From contig NC_043019.1 in the NCBI RefSeq assembly GCF_006345805.1, positions 1,054,001 through 1,118,000 of the forward strand: a stretch of 64,000 nucleotides of DNA, in the 5' to 3' direction. Under the pieces are notes generated by a model. It was not told the origin of the DNA. It worked only from the letters and a program-made list of their open reading frames with translations, and did no database searches. The position numbers and the translations under genes were made by a program. Every line of letters starts with the position of its first letter. Positions within the stretch are counted from its first letter, which is position 1. The DNA is from Octopus sinensis. Lineage: Eukaryota. This document shows, piece by piece, positions 13,187-26,640 of this stretch.

Positions 13187-13681
13187 CTGCATGTGCGTTT
13201 CTATACATTATGCGTCTAAAAGTCTGCACTCAGAATATCACTTTAGAATGCAAGGAAAAATGAAAAATAAAATGCCGAATGTGAAGTGAGATTGAACCCG
13301 AAAATTTATGGTTGGGAAAGAAAATAGATAAGCACACAGCAATGTGTAATATTGGCTGCTGGCATATTGGCATAAATATTGGAAAAATCTCTTAGCGGCA
13401 ACAACAACAAAAGAATTGCAATCGATATACAATTGACTGGATTATTTTTAACGTGGAATTTCCGTATCCTAATAAGCGAGCTGAAGCATTGTAAGAGCAG
13501 AGACGGAGTCGGACAGAAAGTGAGGGACTGGGAGAAGAGAAAAAAAAAAAACAGGAAAACAACAAAGAGAAAAGGGATATCAGATGCGTAGACGAAAAAA
13601 GCACACACACACACACACATATAAACGTAATTGTTCATACATATGTGCATATATATTTATAAATATATACATGTATACATA

Positions 13682-13724
<43 letters not shown>

Positions 13725-13978
13725 CTATATGTGTATATGTTTATGTAGAAATATGTGTGCGTATATATACATATGAATATTTATATGTGTGTGAGTGTGT
13801 GTGCGTGCGGGTATTTATATATGTATGTGTGTGTGATTGTTTGACGTCAGATAGTTTGAAATATACACGCATGTACACATGTAAATATAGGTATAGTTAT
13901 TTATATGTATGTACATACATATATCTGTATATACATATATATTACATATATATATATATATATATATACATATGCTAT

Positions 13979-14019
13979 ACTAGCATTATGACCCGGCGTT
14001 GCCGGGTCATAGTGCTAGT
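13979..14019. other. 19-bp-stem hairpin bounded by ACTAG...CTAGT, Helitron/HINE-like terminus
   Basis: ACTAGCATTATGACCCGGC-GTT-GCCGGGTCATAGTGCTAGT (one G.T pair). Confidence 0.55.
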
Positions 14020-14151
14020 TTGGTATAAATTTGTTAAATTAAACATTTGGGGTAATAAAACATACAATGACATATTAAAAAGACGGATTTAAAATTCCAG
14101 AGAAAAATACATAGAAGATAAATATACAAATTTACAAAAATACATAAAACT

Positions 14152-14230
14152 CATCTACGAGCCGTTTCGGACATGCGCCAATTAATATGAAACATATATA
14201 TTTAAAATTGACATTTCCCGCGTCAGGATG
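14152..14230 (-). ncRNA. Degenerate hammerhead motif
   Basis: CATC-CTGACGC-imperfect long helix II-GAAA-CGGCTCG-TA-GATG; A9 substituted. Confidence 0.4.
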
Positions 14231-14960
14231 TTTTTTACACACAACACATAATACACGGAAACAAATGCACAATTACATACCGGTTACATGCGAAAGACCA
14301 GACATTACGTATGCCCAAAAATTCTCATAGATACTGAATGCTACTTTTTAAGCATATAATTCAATCTAGCAGCTATAGTAAATAGTATGCGCCTAGCTCT
14401 ATCTGGACTAATTCACTTCTGCACTCAATTAAAGTTTTAATATTTTAATTTCTCCTATTCATGCAAAGCCACATATTCGAGTTCAAGTCCTTGATACATT
14501 TTATACTAATTGCTATTTTATCTTTTAATTGTTATATTACGATTTAATTACCATATTTTAGTTTTATTTTAATTACTATATTTACCATATTTAATTCAAC
14601 TGTTATTATTAGCTCTAACTTTTATTGCTATTTTTATTTCTAAATTTCTTATGGAACGTCGAGCGGATCTTATGCGTACAATATATTTTCTTATGATGCT
14701 TATATATTACTATATATTTCTAAACGTCGGGCTTTATATCTGTTCTGTAGATATAAATAAATATACGAATATATGTATGTGTTTGATCTTTATGTGCATT
14801 TTGTAGTGTTCTTGTAGTTGCTGCTCGCATTGCCTCATCTCGGATTAAAACGTGTATATAGCCATTTGAGCACTACTATTCCAGTCTCTTATATATTTTG
14901 AGCGTTGTTGTCACTAACGATCTCAAGATTTAACTTATATTTTGTATATATAATATATAC

Positions 14961-15004
<44 letters not shown>

Positions 15005-15024
<20 letters not shown>

Positions 15025-15269
15025 TATACATACAATAGAGAGATGTTTTTGTTTCACTTTTAACACGTAATACTGAAATAGTGGAGAAGATATGATATTT
15101 TTGTGGGCTCACCCTAGACAAGAAGTTAAAAGTTTTTTTGGGGCCATGAAACTACACGGACCCTAAGTAAGGCATGTGTAAAATTTGAATGAAATTGGTT
15201 TTGTAGATCTCAAGTTTTAAGGGAACACACAGACTGACACACATTCTCAGTTATATATATATATAGATA
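15005..15269 (+). mobile_element. 3' end of a non-autonomous Helitron/HINE-like element
   Basis: GTAAAATTTGAATGAAATTGG...GGGAACACACAGACTGACACACATTCTCAGTTATATATATATATAGAT resembles Lep1/DINE-type 3' ends (from memory). Confidence 0.45.
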
Positions 15270-15276
15270 TATGTGT

Positions 15277-15315
<39 letters not shown>

Positions 15316-15401
15316 GCACAAACGTAAACATACACACATATTCACAACACGTAAGTACATAGGTGCAAAGATGGCAAACAATAATACTCAAATACCTATT
15401 T

Positions 15402-15596
15402 CTTTATTACCCACGAGGGGCTAAACACAGAGGGGACGAACAAGGACAGACAAACGGATTAAGTCGATTAGATCGACCCCAGTGCGTAACTGGTACTTAA
15501 TTTATCGACCCCGAAAGAATGAAAGGCAAAGTCGAATTTGAACTCAGAACATAACGACAGACGAAATACCGCTAGGCATTTCGCGCTGTGTGCTAA
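15402..15596 (-). mobile_element. SINE family A
   Basis: Core and tail match the consensus. Confidence 0.85.
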
Positions 15597-16194
15597 GTAA
15601 TACTCAAATACCAACAGTAGACTAATATATTATTTAATGAATCCGAATAAAATTATAGTGCCGTATAGATTGCATAATAGTAACCATTCTTGCTCAATGT
15701 CATCTGAACCCTCACACCTCTTCGGCAAGGTTTCCCTTTCATCTTCCTTAGCGCGACAGTTAAAAAAGGCAAAAGAAATAATAAATGAGTTACGTATTGG
15801 GTTCACTTACAGGATTGAATTGATCACATAGCTTTTTAGAACGTTTGCCAATCGTACAAGAAGTTATTATTGGGTCAATGCTGTGTGTGTTTCTTCTGAT
15901 TTTTACTGTCCTATTTTGTTTTCAAATCCTGCCAAAGTCATTCCATCTTTTGTAGGTTGTCATATGAAACTAATCTTCATTAACCTATATACCTAGCTCT
16001 ATCAGTAAAACGCCGAACAAAATACTGAACGGAATGCGTTTAGAATTTTTAGGCTTTGAGTTAAATTCCTGAAAGTGCCTTGTTCCCCTTATATCACTCA
16101 AAATTCGATAAAATCGAGCACTAATTTAGCAGTTGGGTCGGCAGTTTCGATTCACCAAAGTTTTGCCTAAATTATTAACGATTATATCTCTATT

Positions 16195-16235
<41 letters not shown>

Positions 16236-16237
16236 GT

Positions 16238-16462
16238 CTTTATTGCCCACAAGGGGCTAAACATAGAGGGGACAAACAAGGACAGACAAAGGGATTAAGT
16301 CGATTATATCGACCCAGTGCGAAACTGGTACTTTATTTATCGACCCCGAGAGGATGATAGGCAAAGTCGACCCCGGCGGAATTTGAACTCAGAACGTAAC
16401 GACAGACGAAATACCGCTAAGCATTTCGTCCGGCGCGCTAACGTTTCTGCCAGCTCGCCGCC
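16238..16462 (-). mobile_element. SINE family A, full length
   Basis: Core, head and tail match. Confidence 0.85.
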
Positions 16463-16673
16463 TACACACATATATATATATAAGGAATTCAAATAAACGA
16501 AAAAAGAAGGAATAAATACGAACGTGTGCACGTGTACAAGAAACGTATTGGTTTGTCGTTCGGTGAAGGGAGAGAGAGTTTCATGTTTCGAGCATAGCAC
16601 TTGGTCGGAAAAAGGAAAGGGAAAGTTCATAGATGGAAACGAAATTGCCAACGACTCACCTGTAGTTACATGC

Positions 16674-16704
<31 letters not shown>

Positions 16705-16749
16705 TATATATACACACACACAAAAGATCGAATGGTATCTCAATATTAT

Positions 16750-17487
16750 TTTCTACACTAGGCACAAGGCCCTAAATTATTGAGGAGGGATGGAAGTCAA
16801 TTAGATCGTCCCCAGTACGCACTGGTACTTAATTTTTCGACCCCGAAAAAAGCAAAAAAACAAAGTCGACCACGGTGGAATTTGAACTCGGAACGTAAAA
16901 ACAGACGAAATACCGGCGTGCTAACGTTTCTGCCAGCTCGCCACCTTGAAAGAATATTGAATATTGAAGAATTTAGAAGAATTCAAATGATTTGAACTCA
17001 CATTCATATCTTTACCGAAGACCAAGGTAACATGGTAAAGAGTGGCTATAAGCGGAATCCATGTGATTTTATGTCTATATTTTAATCATTGTCATTTTCT
17101 CAATATATATTTTTTATTGCCCACAAGGGGCTAAACACAGAGGGGACAAACAAGGACAGACAAACGTATTAAGTCGATTAGATCGACCCCAGTGCGCAAC
17201 TGGTACTTAATTGATCGACCCCGAAAGGATGAACGGCAAAGTCGACCTCGGAGAAATTTGAACTCAGAACATCCTGGCAGACGAAATACGGCTACGCATT
17301 TCGCCCGGCGTGCTAACGTTTCTGCCAGCTCGCCGCCTTGAAAGAATATTAAATATTGAAGCACTTAGAAGAGCTCAAATGATTTGAACTCACATTCATA
17401 TCTTTACCGAAGACCATGGTAACATGGTATAAAGTGGCTATAAGTGATTTTATTTCTTTGTTTTAATCATTATCCGTTTCTCAATAT
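16750..17487 (-). repeat. Diverged tandem duplication (about 390-bp unit) of a family-A SINE plus unique flank
   Basis: 16940-17105 is similar to 17335-17487 (CTTGAAAGAATATT...CTCAATAT). Confidence 0.8.
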
Positions 17488-18039
17488 TTTTATATATTCA
17501 TGCTTATGTGTGTACGCGTATATAAGTGTGCTTGTATGTGCCTGTTCATGCGCTCGCGCGTAAATGTGTTTATTTGATAGAAAATGTACATGGTCCCTCT
17601 GACATGCACAAAATCCTACGCTAGTTGTATAACAAAAGCACAATCCTACTTTATGGTTGTTAAAATCCTTATAATTTTTGCCTTTTTAGACGTGTGGATG
17701 CATGGTCAGGTGTTTAATGCGTTAGATGCCCGACGTTATAATGCGATTTCGAATCTCAAACAAGCGGCATTTTAATATCCTTAAACAGAAGTTTTCAGAG
17801 CTCACGTATATAATTTTCCTATAGAACATTCAGCTGTGTACCGAAGGTGATTATTTTAAATCTCATGTGTGTGAAACCGATTGGTAAAACCGATAGATAT
17901 TAGACGATAACATTTTATTGCATGAACCATTGATATACACACTTCATTATTCAAACATACGATTTCCTGTCTTCTTTCTTACTCATGGCTACTTTGATAC
18001 ATTTATATCTATCTATCTATCTATCTAGTTGAGATTTAT

Positions 18040-18225
18040 ATAAAAACAAACGGTGAAGACAGGTGTATGAACCAGTAAGTGTATTAGTTTGACGCTCGAG
18101 AAAAATGAAAATGCCTTTTACATTTCGGGCCTATGCTCTTGAACAGAAAGGAATAAGTGAAAATAAACAGAGAGGGAGCGGGAGTAAAAGAAAACTTGTA
18201 GAATTCGACAGTCAAACATGGCGAA
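18040..18225 (-). mobile_element. Small TA-associated element, family H (degenerate HHR-like motif at 18115-18150)
   Basis: Homologous to 18570, 21365, 30118 and 56815. Confidence 0.65.
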
Positions 18226-18246
18226 TATATTATATACGTATATATT

Positions 18247-18500
18247 GCGAAGCCACATGGCTTAATGCTTAAGATATTAGGCTTATGGACATGAGTTCGA
18301 TTCCGGTGGTGCGTTGTGTCCTTAAGCAAGAAACCTTTATTTCACCTTGCTTCAGTCATCTCAGCTAGCAAAAATGAGTTGTATCTGTATTTCAAAATGC
18401 CGTCCTTTTCATATTCTGTATCACGCCGAATCTCCCTGAGAAGTACGTTAAGCGTAATCGTTCCTGTGGTATGCAGAACCACTTTCATGTTGATTTCATG
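18247..18500 (+). mobile_element. Old CORE-SINE, family D
   Basis: TGTGTCCTTAAGCAAG...CAGTCATCTCAGCTAGCAAAAATGAG CORE-like domain. Confidence 0.7.
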
Positions 18501-18519
18501 TGCAGCTTGTTTCGTTGAT

Positions 18520-18569
<50 letters not shown>

Positions 18570-18572
<3 letters not shown>

Positions 18573-18722
18573 AGAGTTTACGAAAAAAGCAAAAAACGAA
18601 GGGTGGGGTACAAAACAAACAGATGTATTAGTATAACGCTCAGGAATAGAAAAAGTATTTTACGTTTCGAGCCTACGCTCTTCTACAGAAAGGGACACAG
18701 AAAAAACAAGGAGAGAAAAAAA
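18570..18722 (-). mobile_element. Family H element with CUGUAGA-core HHR-like motif (18658-18691)
   Basis: TTT-CTGTAGA-A-GAGC-GTAG-GCTC-GAAA-CG-TA-AAA; flanked by (TA)n on both sides. Confidence 0.65.
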
Positions 18723-18740
18723 AATATATATATATATAAC

Positions 18741-19108
18741 TGTGGAGGCGCAATGGCCAAGTGGTTAGGACAGCGGACTCGCGGTCGGGGTATCGTGGTT
18801 TCGAATCCCAGACCAGGCGTTGTGAGTGTTTATTGAGCAAAAACACCTAAATATCCACGAGGCTCAGGCAGGGGGTGGTGGTGAACCCTGCTGTACTCTT
18901 TCGCCACAGCTTTCTCTCACTCTTTCCTCTGTTGGCTTGCTCGCCATGTTTGACTTTTGAATTCTACAAGTTTTCTTTTACTCCCGCTCCCTCTCCCGTT
19001 CAAGAGCAGGGTGGCGTCATTTGAAGGCTAAAACAATGCGAAGTGCATTGTGAACAGCGATATGTAGCAACATCGGATAGCCTGGTCGGTAACGGTGATC
19101 ACGGTGAT
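18741..19108 (+). mobile_element. SINE family E with E2 tail, containing an inverted piece of the 18160-18220 element
   Basis: tRNA-like head GGAGGCGCAATGGCCAAGTGG; 18945-19005 is the reverse complement of 18160-18222. Confidence 0.8.
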
Positions 19109-19116
19109 ATATATAT

Positions 19117-19330
19117 AACTAGCACGCCGGGCGAAATACGTAGCCGTAATTCGTCTGCCGTTACGTTCTGAGTTCAAATTCCGCCGAGGTCGACTTTGCC
19201 TTTAATCCTTTCGGGGTTGATTAAATAAGTACCAGTTACGCACTGGGTTCACTATAATCGACTTAATCCGTTTGTCTGTCCTTGTTTGACCTCTCTGTGT
19301 TTAGCCCCTTGTGGGTAGTAAAGAAATAGA
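19117..19330 (+). mobile_element. SINE family A, 5'-truncated
   Basis: Consensus match. Confidence 0.85.
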
Positions 19331-19879
19331 TATATATACATAACTAGCTCTCCGACTATACATATATGGATCCGCCATTAAAAATAAGCAGGGAACCACT
19401 TACCCACAGAAGAAACACGTTGCCCAAATCTGGATGAACTCCCACATTCTGAGACTCGAAGGTAACTGATGTTTAGGGTCTATTACTTCATTTTTGGATA
19501 CATCAGTATTTTGCGTAGTGGTTGCAAATGTGCACCGAACAACTTGTAGGGAACAGGTCACGTACAACATAATTTGGCATAGCTTTGTATATAAGAAGTT
19601 TGCTTTCAGAGCATGTGCTTCCTATTTATGTCCCAATATAGACAAATGCTTCTAGGGGAATCATTGCTTAACGTCTGATGTTTGGGAAAATGGAGACTGA
19701 GAGATCGACAAATCCATTGTTTATCTTAGTATGGAGTCACCATGTGACGCATATAAGGTCGCGAGGAATCGCTTGTGCCTGGTGAACCCTTAATAGATGA
19801 GAAGTCATGGTGAGTATATTGGGCTTTGTATGCGTCTACCCCAGCGTCACTTTGATGGCGTGTGCTCCTCTCCCACATA

Positions 19880-19929
<50 letters not shown>

Positions 19930-19988
19930 ATTTATATATGTATGTATGAATGTTTTTAAGTATATATGTAGGTATGTATATGTGCATT

Positions 19989-20312
19989 TGAAGGCACGTG
20001 GCTTAGTGGTTAGAGGCATTCGGCTCATGATCTTAAGGTCGTGATTTCAATTCCCGGCGATGCATTTTCTCCTTGAGCAAGACGCTTTATTTCACGTTGC
20101 ACCATTCCACTCAGCTGGCAAAAATGAGAAGTACGTGTATTTCAAAGGGCCAGCCTTGTCACACTCTGTGTCACGCTGAATCTCCACTAGAACTACGTTT
20201 AGGGTACACGTGTTTGTGGAGTGCTCAGCCACTTGCACGTTAATTTCACGAGGAAGCCGTTCCGTTGATCCTATCAGCTGGGACCCTCATCGTCGCAAAC
20301 GACGGAGTGCTC
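19989..20312 (+). mobile_element. CORE-SINE family D, full length
   Basis: A/B boxes, CORE-like CCTTGAGCAAGACGCTTTATTTCAC, tail shared with family E. Confidence 0.85.
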
Positions 20313-20715
20313 CATATGTGCATGCATTTATGTGTGCGCGTGTGCCTATCTGTGATGGTGTTTTTTTTTTTTTTTTGTGCGTTTCAAGACGTGCCAAACT
20401 TTGGTGAATTGTGACCCTTTTAAGAATAAGGATGACTTTAAAAAATCGATAAACCCTACTATATAAAGCAACAGGTTGAATATAATCAATCAAACCCCTA
20501 GAGAGGGAAACCCGGTACGGCTGCAAACCTACGGCTGAATTCATTATAAATATGCAATATAGATTGAGTATATTTGTGCGTGCGACAAAATATTGAAGTG
20601 AAGAGCATTAACAATAAGCCTACATTCTATCTACAGTCAGAGATATAATAGTAATCTTTCAGAGAAGAAAGTTATGATTCTTTATTCAACTTCATGGCAA
20701 GCATGCATATGTACA

Positions 20716-21135
20716 TGGCGAGCTGGCAGAAACGTTAGCACGCCTGGGGAAATGCTTAGCGGTATTTCGTCTGCGTTACGTTCTGAGTTCAAATTCCGCC
20801 GAGGTCGACTTTGCCTTTCATCCTTTCAGGGTCGATAAATTAAGTACCAGTTACGCATTGGGGTCGATGTAATCGACTTAATCCGTTTGTCTGTCCTTGA
20901 TTGTCCCCTCTGTGTTTAGCCCCTTGTGGGTAGTAAAGAAATAGATATTTCGTCTGCCGCTACGTTATGAGTTCAAATTCCGCGGAGGTCAACTTTGCAT
21001 TTCATCCTTTCGGGGTCGCTTAAATAAGTACCAGTTACGCACTGGGGTCGATATAATCGACTTAATCCGTTTGTCTGTCCTTGTTTGTCTCCCCCCCCCT
21101 GTGTTTAGCCCTTTGTGGGTACTAAAGAAATAGGC
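20716..21135 (+). mobile_element. Family-A SINE dimer (full plus head-less unit)
   Basis: Junction AAATAGATATTTCGTC near 20943. Confidence 0.85.
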
Positions 21136-21364
21136 ATATAAATATACACTGATACGAATGCACACATATAGATTTGTATACACATATTCATCTAAATATA
21201 TGCGTGAATGTGAAGATTTATGCATTTTCATATGTATGTGTGAATCTGTAAATATAAGGATGTATGCATACATACACATACATGCTCATGTATCTGTGTA
21301 GATATATATATATAAATTACGGTACCATCGATCCTGAAACATATTTCCAATATCTGTTTTTTCC

Positions 21365-21500
21365 CTCTTCTCTTATCCCTTTCTGTCGGAGAGCGTAGAC
21401 TTGAAACGACAAAGACTTTTCGATTTTTCCCGAGTGTTAAACTAAAACACCTGCTTTCTGATCCTTCACCTGTCTCTGTCTTTTGCTTCCTGTACATGTG
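21365..21500 (+). mobile_element. Family H element (degenerate HHR-like motif at 21379-21414)
   Basis: CTTT-CTGTCGGA-GAGCGTAGACTT-GAAA-CGAC-AAAG. Confidence 0.55.
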
Positions 21501-21549
21501 AACGACAGGTAGATTGCGAGAGAGAGAGAAGTACAGAGACAGAAACAGA

Positions 21550-21700
21550 GGTAGATAGATATATAGATGGATAGATAGAAAGATAGATAGATAGATGGAT
21601 AGATAGATAGATAGATGGAAAGATAAATAGATAGATGGATAGATAGATAGATGGATAGATGGATGGATAGATAGATAGATACATACATACATACAAACAT
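21550..21700. repeat. (GATA)n/(CATA)n microsatellite
   Basis: Direct reading. Confidence 0.95.
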
Positions 21701-22209
21701 AGACAGACTGATAGATCTAAAGGAGAAAAATCCTCCCTGAGTCATATGTACTCATAAAGCCGGTTTCCCGGTTGCTGTGGTGTATGTAATCGCCGCAGGA
21801 TGGGACGCCGGTGTAATGCAGGTTTATTCTCTCTTGTCAGCTGAGCGGATTGGAGCTAGGTGAAACGAAGTAATTTGCTCAAAAAACACAATGCGTTATC
21901 CAGTCCAGAAATCGAAACCACTATCTGACGATCGTTAGTGTATGACCCTGATTACTATGTCATTATGGCTCTCTAACATTATATATATATCACAACTGTC
22001 CCACGATCGGGTACATGAAATTTTGCGTAACAGGTGTATGAAATTTTTTGTATTTTTGCAGCTTTATTAAAAAGTATATATATATATATATATATCTTTT
22101 TTTAATAATTTTGATATATATTTAAAATAATATTAATTAATTAATCTTATGTATTGGCTTAAGTTTTTCATTGTATGATTTGCCTAATAGTGGTTTTATC
22201 TCTAATTTA

Positions 22210-22261
<52 letters not shown>

Positions 22262-23079
22262 TGTGTGTGTGTGTGTGCCTGTGTGTGTCTGTATGCGCGC
22301 TCGCATGTATGCACGTAGTTCCGTAACTGAAATTTTGTGGATCACTGTAGAAACTTTTGGTCACACAGAGTATACATTTGTTAGTAAACACCAGAGAGCA
22401 CGCTTTTGATAGTTTTGATTCACAAAATGAAAATGATTTTCTTTGAAACTGATGACGAGAATTGTTGATGTTTTCTCATCAGTTTGAAATGCGAAATACT
22501 CCCACAAATGGGAGAAAAGGACGTGTATTTTGTGACTGTGTTTATATACATATATGCATGCACTTATACAAACATGCAAATACATACATATATGCATACA
22601 TATTTATATACTTATCCATCATATATATTATATATATGTATACATATGTATATATATATATATATATATATATCTATATATATATATTATATATATATAC
22701 GTGAGAGTGTGTGAGCGTGCGTGCATGTCTGTATGTGTGCATGTCTGTATGTGTGCATGTGTGTGCATACTATATATACGCGCTTGTGAATATGCAATGT
22801 GTGTGTATATATATATATATAATATATATATATATATGTAACAAGGTAAAAGTTTTTAATTTTCATTTACTTCGAAATTCGCTATTAAATTGTGGTTTTG
22901 GCCGGGTTGGCTGCTGTTTCTAGCATGTAAAAATTACCTTTTAAAAGGGTAATTTTCTATTTTAAAATATGTATATATATATATATATATATATATGCAT
23001 GTATATATATATATATACATGTACATATATATGCATGCACATATATGCATGTACATATATGCATGTACATATATATGTG

Positions 23080-23124
<45 letters not shown>

Positions 23125-24164
23125 CTTCAACTGCAAAACAATAATAAAAAATTATAACAACATATTTAAACTGAAATATTACTTAAATAACAACAATTAT
23201 AATAATTATTAACGTTCAGGTGAAAATATAATTAATAAAGCAAAGCCCTACCTTCAGTCTAAACATCCTTGCCTTCACGTCTCGGTGAATATAATAATAT
23301 ATAATAGATTGAGTTCGCCTTTAATCCAACTTCTGAGGTATTGGAAAGTTAAGTGAGAAACTGATATTATTATTTTTAAAGCAGTAAAGAAGTCTCGAAG
23401 AATAATCGATTTCGCTTTCTTCCTCTGCTTTCCATCATTATTTTTATTAAATTTATTTATTTTCTGAATTATTAATGTTTCGCCTTCTGTTTTAACTTTC
23501 TGTCTTTCCAGTTGTTGTTCTTCAATTTCGTTCAGTCTTACTCGAGATTCGAGTTAAACAGTTTGGGAATCCTGGCAAAGTTTATGCTGGATCAGTTCAA
23601 TAGTTTTTCACATTACAGCTGCAACGAAACTTCTCTACTCTACTGCTACTACACACTCTTCCTTCTTCCCGCGCACTTCGTTGCTGCTTTTAGAATTTTC
23701 TATCGTTACACGAAATGTTATTGTTTTGTTTTTTTTCCTTCTCTCTCCTTTTTTCTTTCGAAAATTCAATTAAAGAACACTTGCTGCTTACTCGCTGTAG
23801 AATAAAAAGTCTTGTTCTTGTCTCCTGTCACTTCGATATTTAGTCAGTAGCAGACGCAAAGTAAATAAACAAAACATCATATAACACGACACGGAGGGAA
23901 ATCACCGCCTAACATATTCATGCGCGGAAACCAACACATTCGCGTTTGCGTGCTTGAGGAATTTGCAAATACACATGTAAAACTATCAATCTATCTATCT
24001 ATCTATCTATCTATCTAATATATATATATATATGTGTATATATATATATATATATATACTTCTTGTTATTTATATCTCTCTATATATACTTATATATTGC
24101 TATATATATTTTTATAAATATATACTTATATATTGTTTTGTATATATATATATATACATATAAT

Positions 24165-24503
24165 GTTGGCACTCTGTCGGTTACGATGACGAGGGTTCCA
24201 GTTCATGAAATTTACGAGCAAGTGGCTGAGCACTCCACATACACGTATAATACCCTTAACGTAGTTCTCGCGGATATTCAGCGTCACCCAGAGTGTGACA
24301 AGACGGGCCCTTTGAATTACAGGCACAACAGAAACAGGAAGTAAGAGTGAGTGAAAGTTGTGGTGAAAGAGTACAGCAGGGATCGCCACCACCCCCTACC
24401 GGCACCTCGTGGAGCTTTAGGTGTTTTTCGAACAATAAACACTCACAACGCCCGGTCTGGGAATCGAAACCGCGACCCTATGACAGCCAATCCGCTGCTG
24501 CCC
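24165..24503 (-). mobile_element. SINE family E
   Basis: Matches 39469-39860. Confidence 0.8.
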
Positions 24504-24619
24504 TAATTAATTATATATCACTCGAAGCATGCATATGTTCATCTGTATATATTGCAACTTGCATTCTAACTTCTTTTCTCCCTAATAGCCTGTGTGTGTT
24601 TATATATGTAGGAAACAAA

Positions 24620-24847
24620 GGCGGCGAGCTGGCAGAAACGTTAGCGCGCCGGGCAAAATGTGTAGCCGTATTTCGTCTGTCGTTACGTTCAGAGTTCAAA
24701 TTCCGCCGAGGTCGACTTTGCCTTTCATCCTCTCGGGGTCGATAAATAAAGTACCAGTTACGCACTGGGTCGATGTAATCGACTCAATCCCTTTGTCTGT
24801 CCTTGTTTGTCCCCTCTGTGTTTAGCCCCTTGCGGGTAGTAAAGAAT
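24620..24847 (+). mobile_element. SINE family A, full length
   Basis: Consensus match. Confidence 0.85.
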
Positions 24848-24921
24848 TATATATATGTAGGAAACAGAAAGGAATCGTTTCTATGAGTATGGGCAGTTGC
24901 TTAATTGCTATGCACACATGC

Positions 24922-24980
<59 letters not shown>

Positions 24981-25590
24981 GGGAGTGAGTATTCGTATAT
25001 TTTGTGTGTGAGTGTGTGCATGGATGTGGCGTGGGGCGTGTGTGTGTCTGTGCGCCCGATTGTAATACGCTATGAACGTATCAATATTGAGATGGATGCA
25101 TCCGTACGCATGGAATACTATTAGTCAATATGCTACCCTATGTATGCGACTATCTTAACAAGTAAAGCGAATATATGACGGTATATGCTCTTAATTATCA
25201 GACCATGCACGCATCTGTGACTGCATTTTAACTGCACAATAGGCGCCTTGCACAGGTACGACTCTATAATGCCTCTACATGTGTGTACGTGTGTTAGTTA
25301 GAAAAAAGCAAATGCTTCTCACTTACGTTCAACGATTGATTATAAAAGAAAGTGCTGAACTCTCAAAACAAGGCAGGATGAGGGTATGATAGCAGTTAAT
25401 GGTTATATCGCCGGTTAATGTTTACCTGTTGGGGAAAAATATTGACAACTGCACAGTACAAGCCGCAAGGAAACATTAAAACTATACCTAGCGTTTCCTA
25501 GTTTTTTTTTGTTTATACCATTTATACCAAATCCGAGCGCATATAATGCTGTTAACGTAATTATATTTACCTGATTATACATATACATAT

Positions 25591-25652
<62 letters not shown>

Positions 25653-25655
25653 GTC

Positions 25656-25686
<31 letters not shown>

Positions 25687-26139
25687 CTATCTATATATAT
25701 ATATATATTATTATTATTTTATAGAAGGAGCTTCTACAGGACTAGAACTGTTTCATTCAAATGAAATCATCATATATATATATATATATGCGTGTGTGTG
25801 CGTGTACATGTGTGTGTGTATATCTGTATTTATATATATATTTGTGTGCGTGTGTGTATGTGTGTGTTTTCTGTTTTACTTGTTTCATTCATCACACTGC
25901 TGCTATACCGGGGCAACGCCTTGAAGGGATTTAGTCAAACGAATCGACCCCACCAAGTACCCTCTTTCCTTCTAAAACCTCTTAACTTTTGCCGAATCGC
26001 TATGTTACGTCGACATGAACACACCAAACCAGTTGTGAAAGTGGTGACGGGGGCAAACACACATACACAAAATTAGACACATACAAATATATACATACAT
26101 ACATACATATATACAAATATACACACACATACATATATA

Positions 26140-26177
<38 letters not shown>

Positions 26178-26263
26178 TATATATAATATATATATATATA
26201 CATGCTTATATCCATATATTACATATATATAATTGCATACATATATTCATATATACACACACA

Positions 26264-26303
<40 letters not shown>

Positions 26304-26552
26304 CATATGTATTTTATTATATTATATTAGACTTTATTAGTTTCAATCGCTGCACTGCGGTCATGCTGGGGCATCGCCTTGAAGAGTCTATCTTCGTTTT
26401 TTAGTCGGATCCTGTCATTTACATTATTGGTAATTTTGCGAAATCGGTAGGGGATAGGGTGTAAACAAGGCAACAGTTGGCACTCTGGGCTGAAGTCCAA
26501 ACACATGGAAACAAGAATATAAATCTCATACGCACACATGTGCGCACTCGCG

Positions 26553-26600
<48 letters not shown>

Positions 26601-26602
26601 CT

Positions 26603-26640
<38 letters not shown>

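Noticed and set aside
23280-23560. About 90-codon Met-less open frame on minus
   Set aside because: A by-product of the purine-rich reverse complement of a pyrimidine tract; no domain similarity
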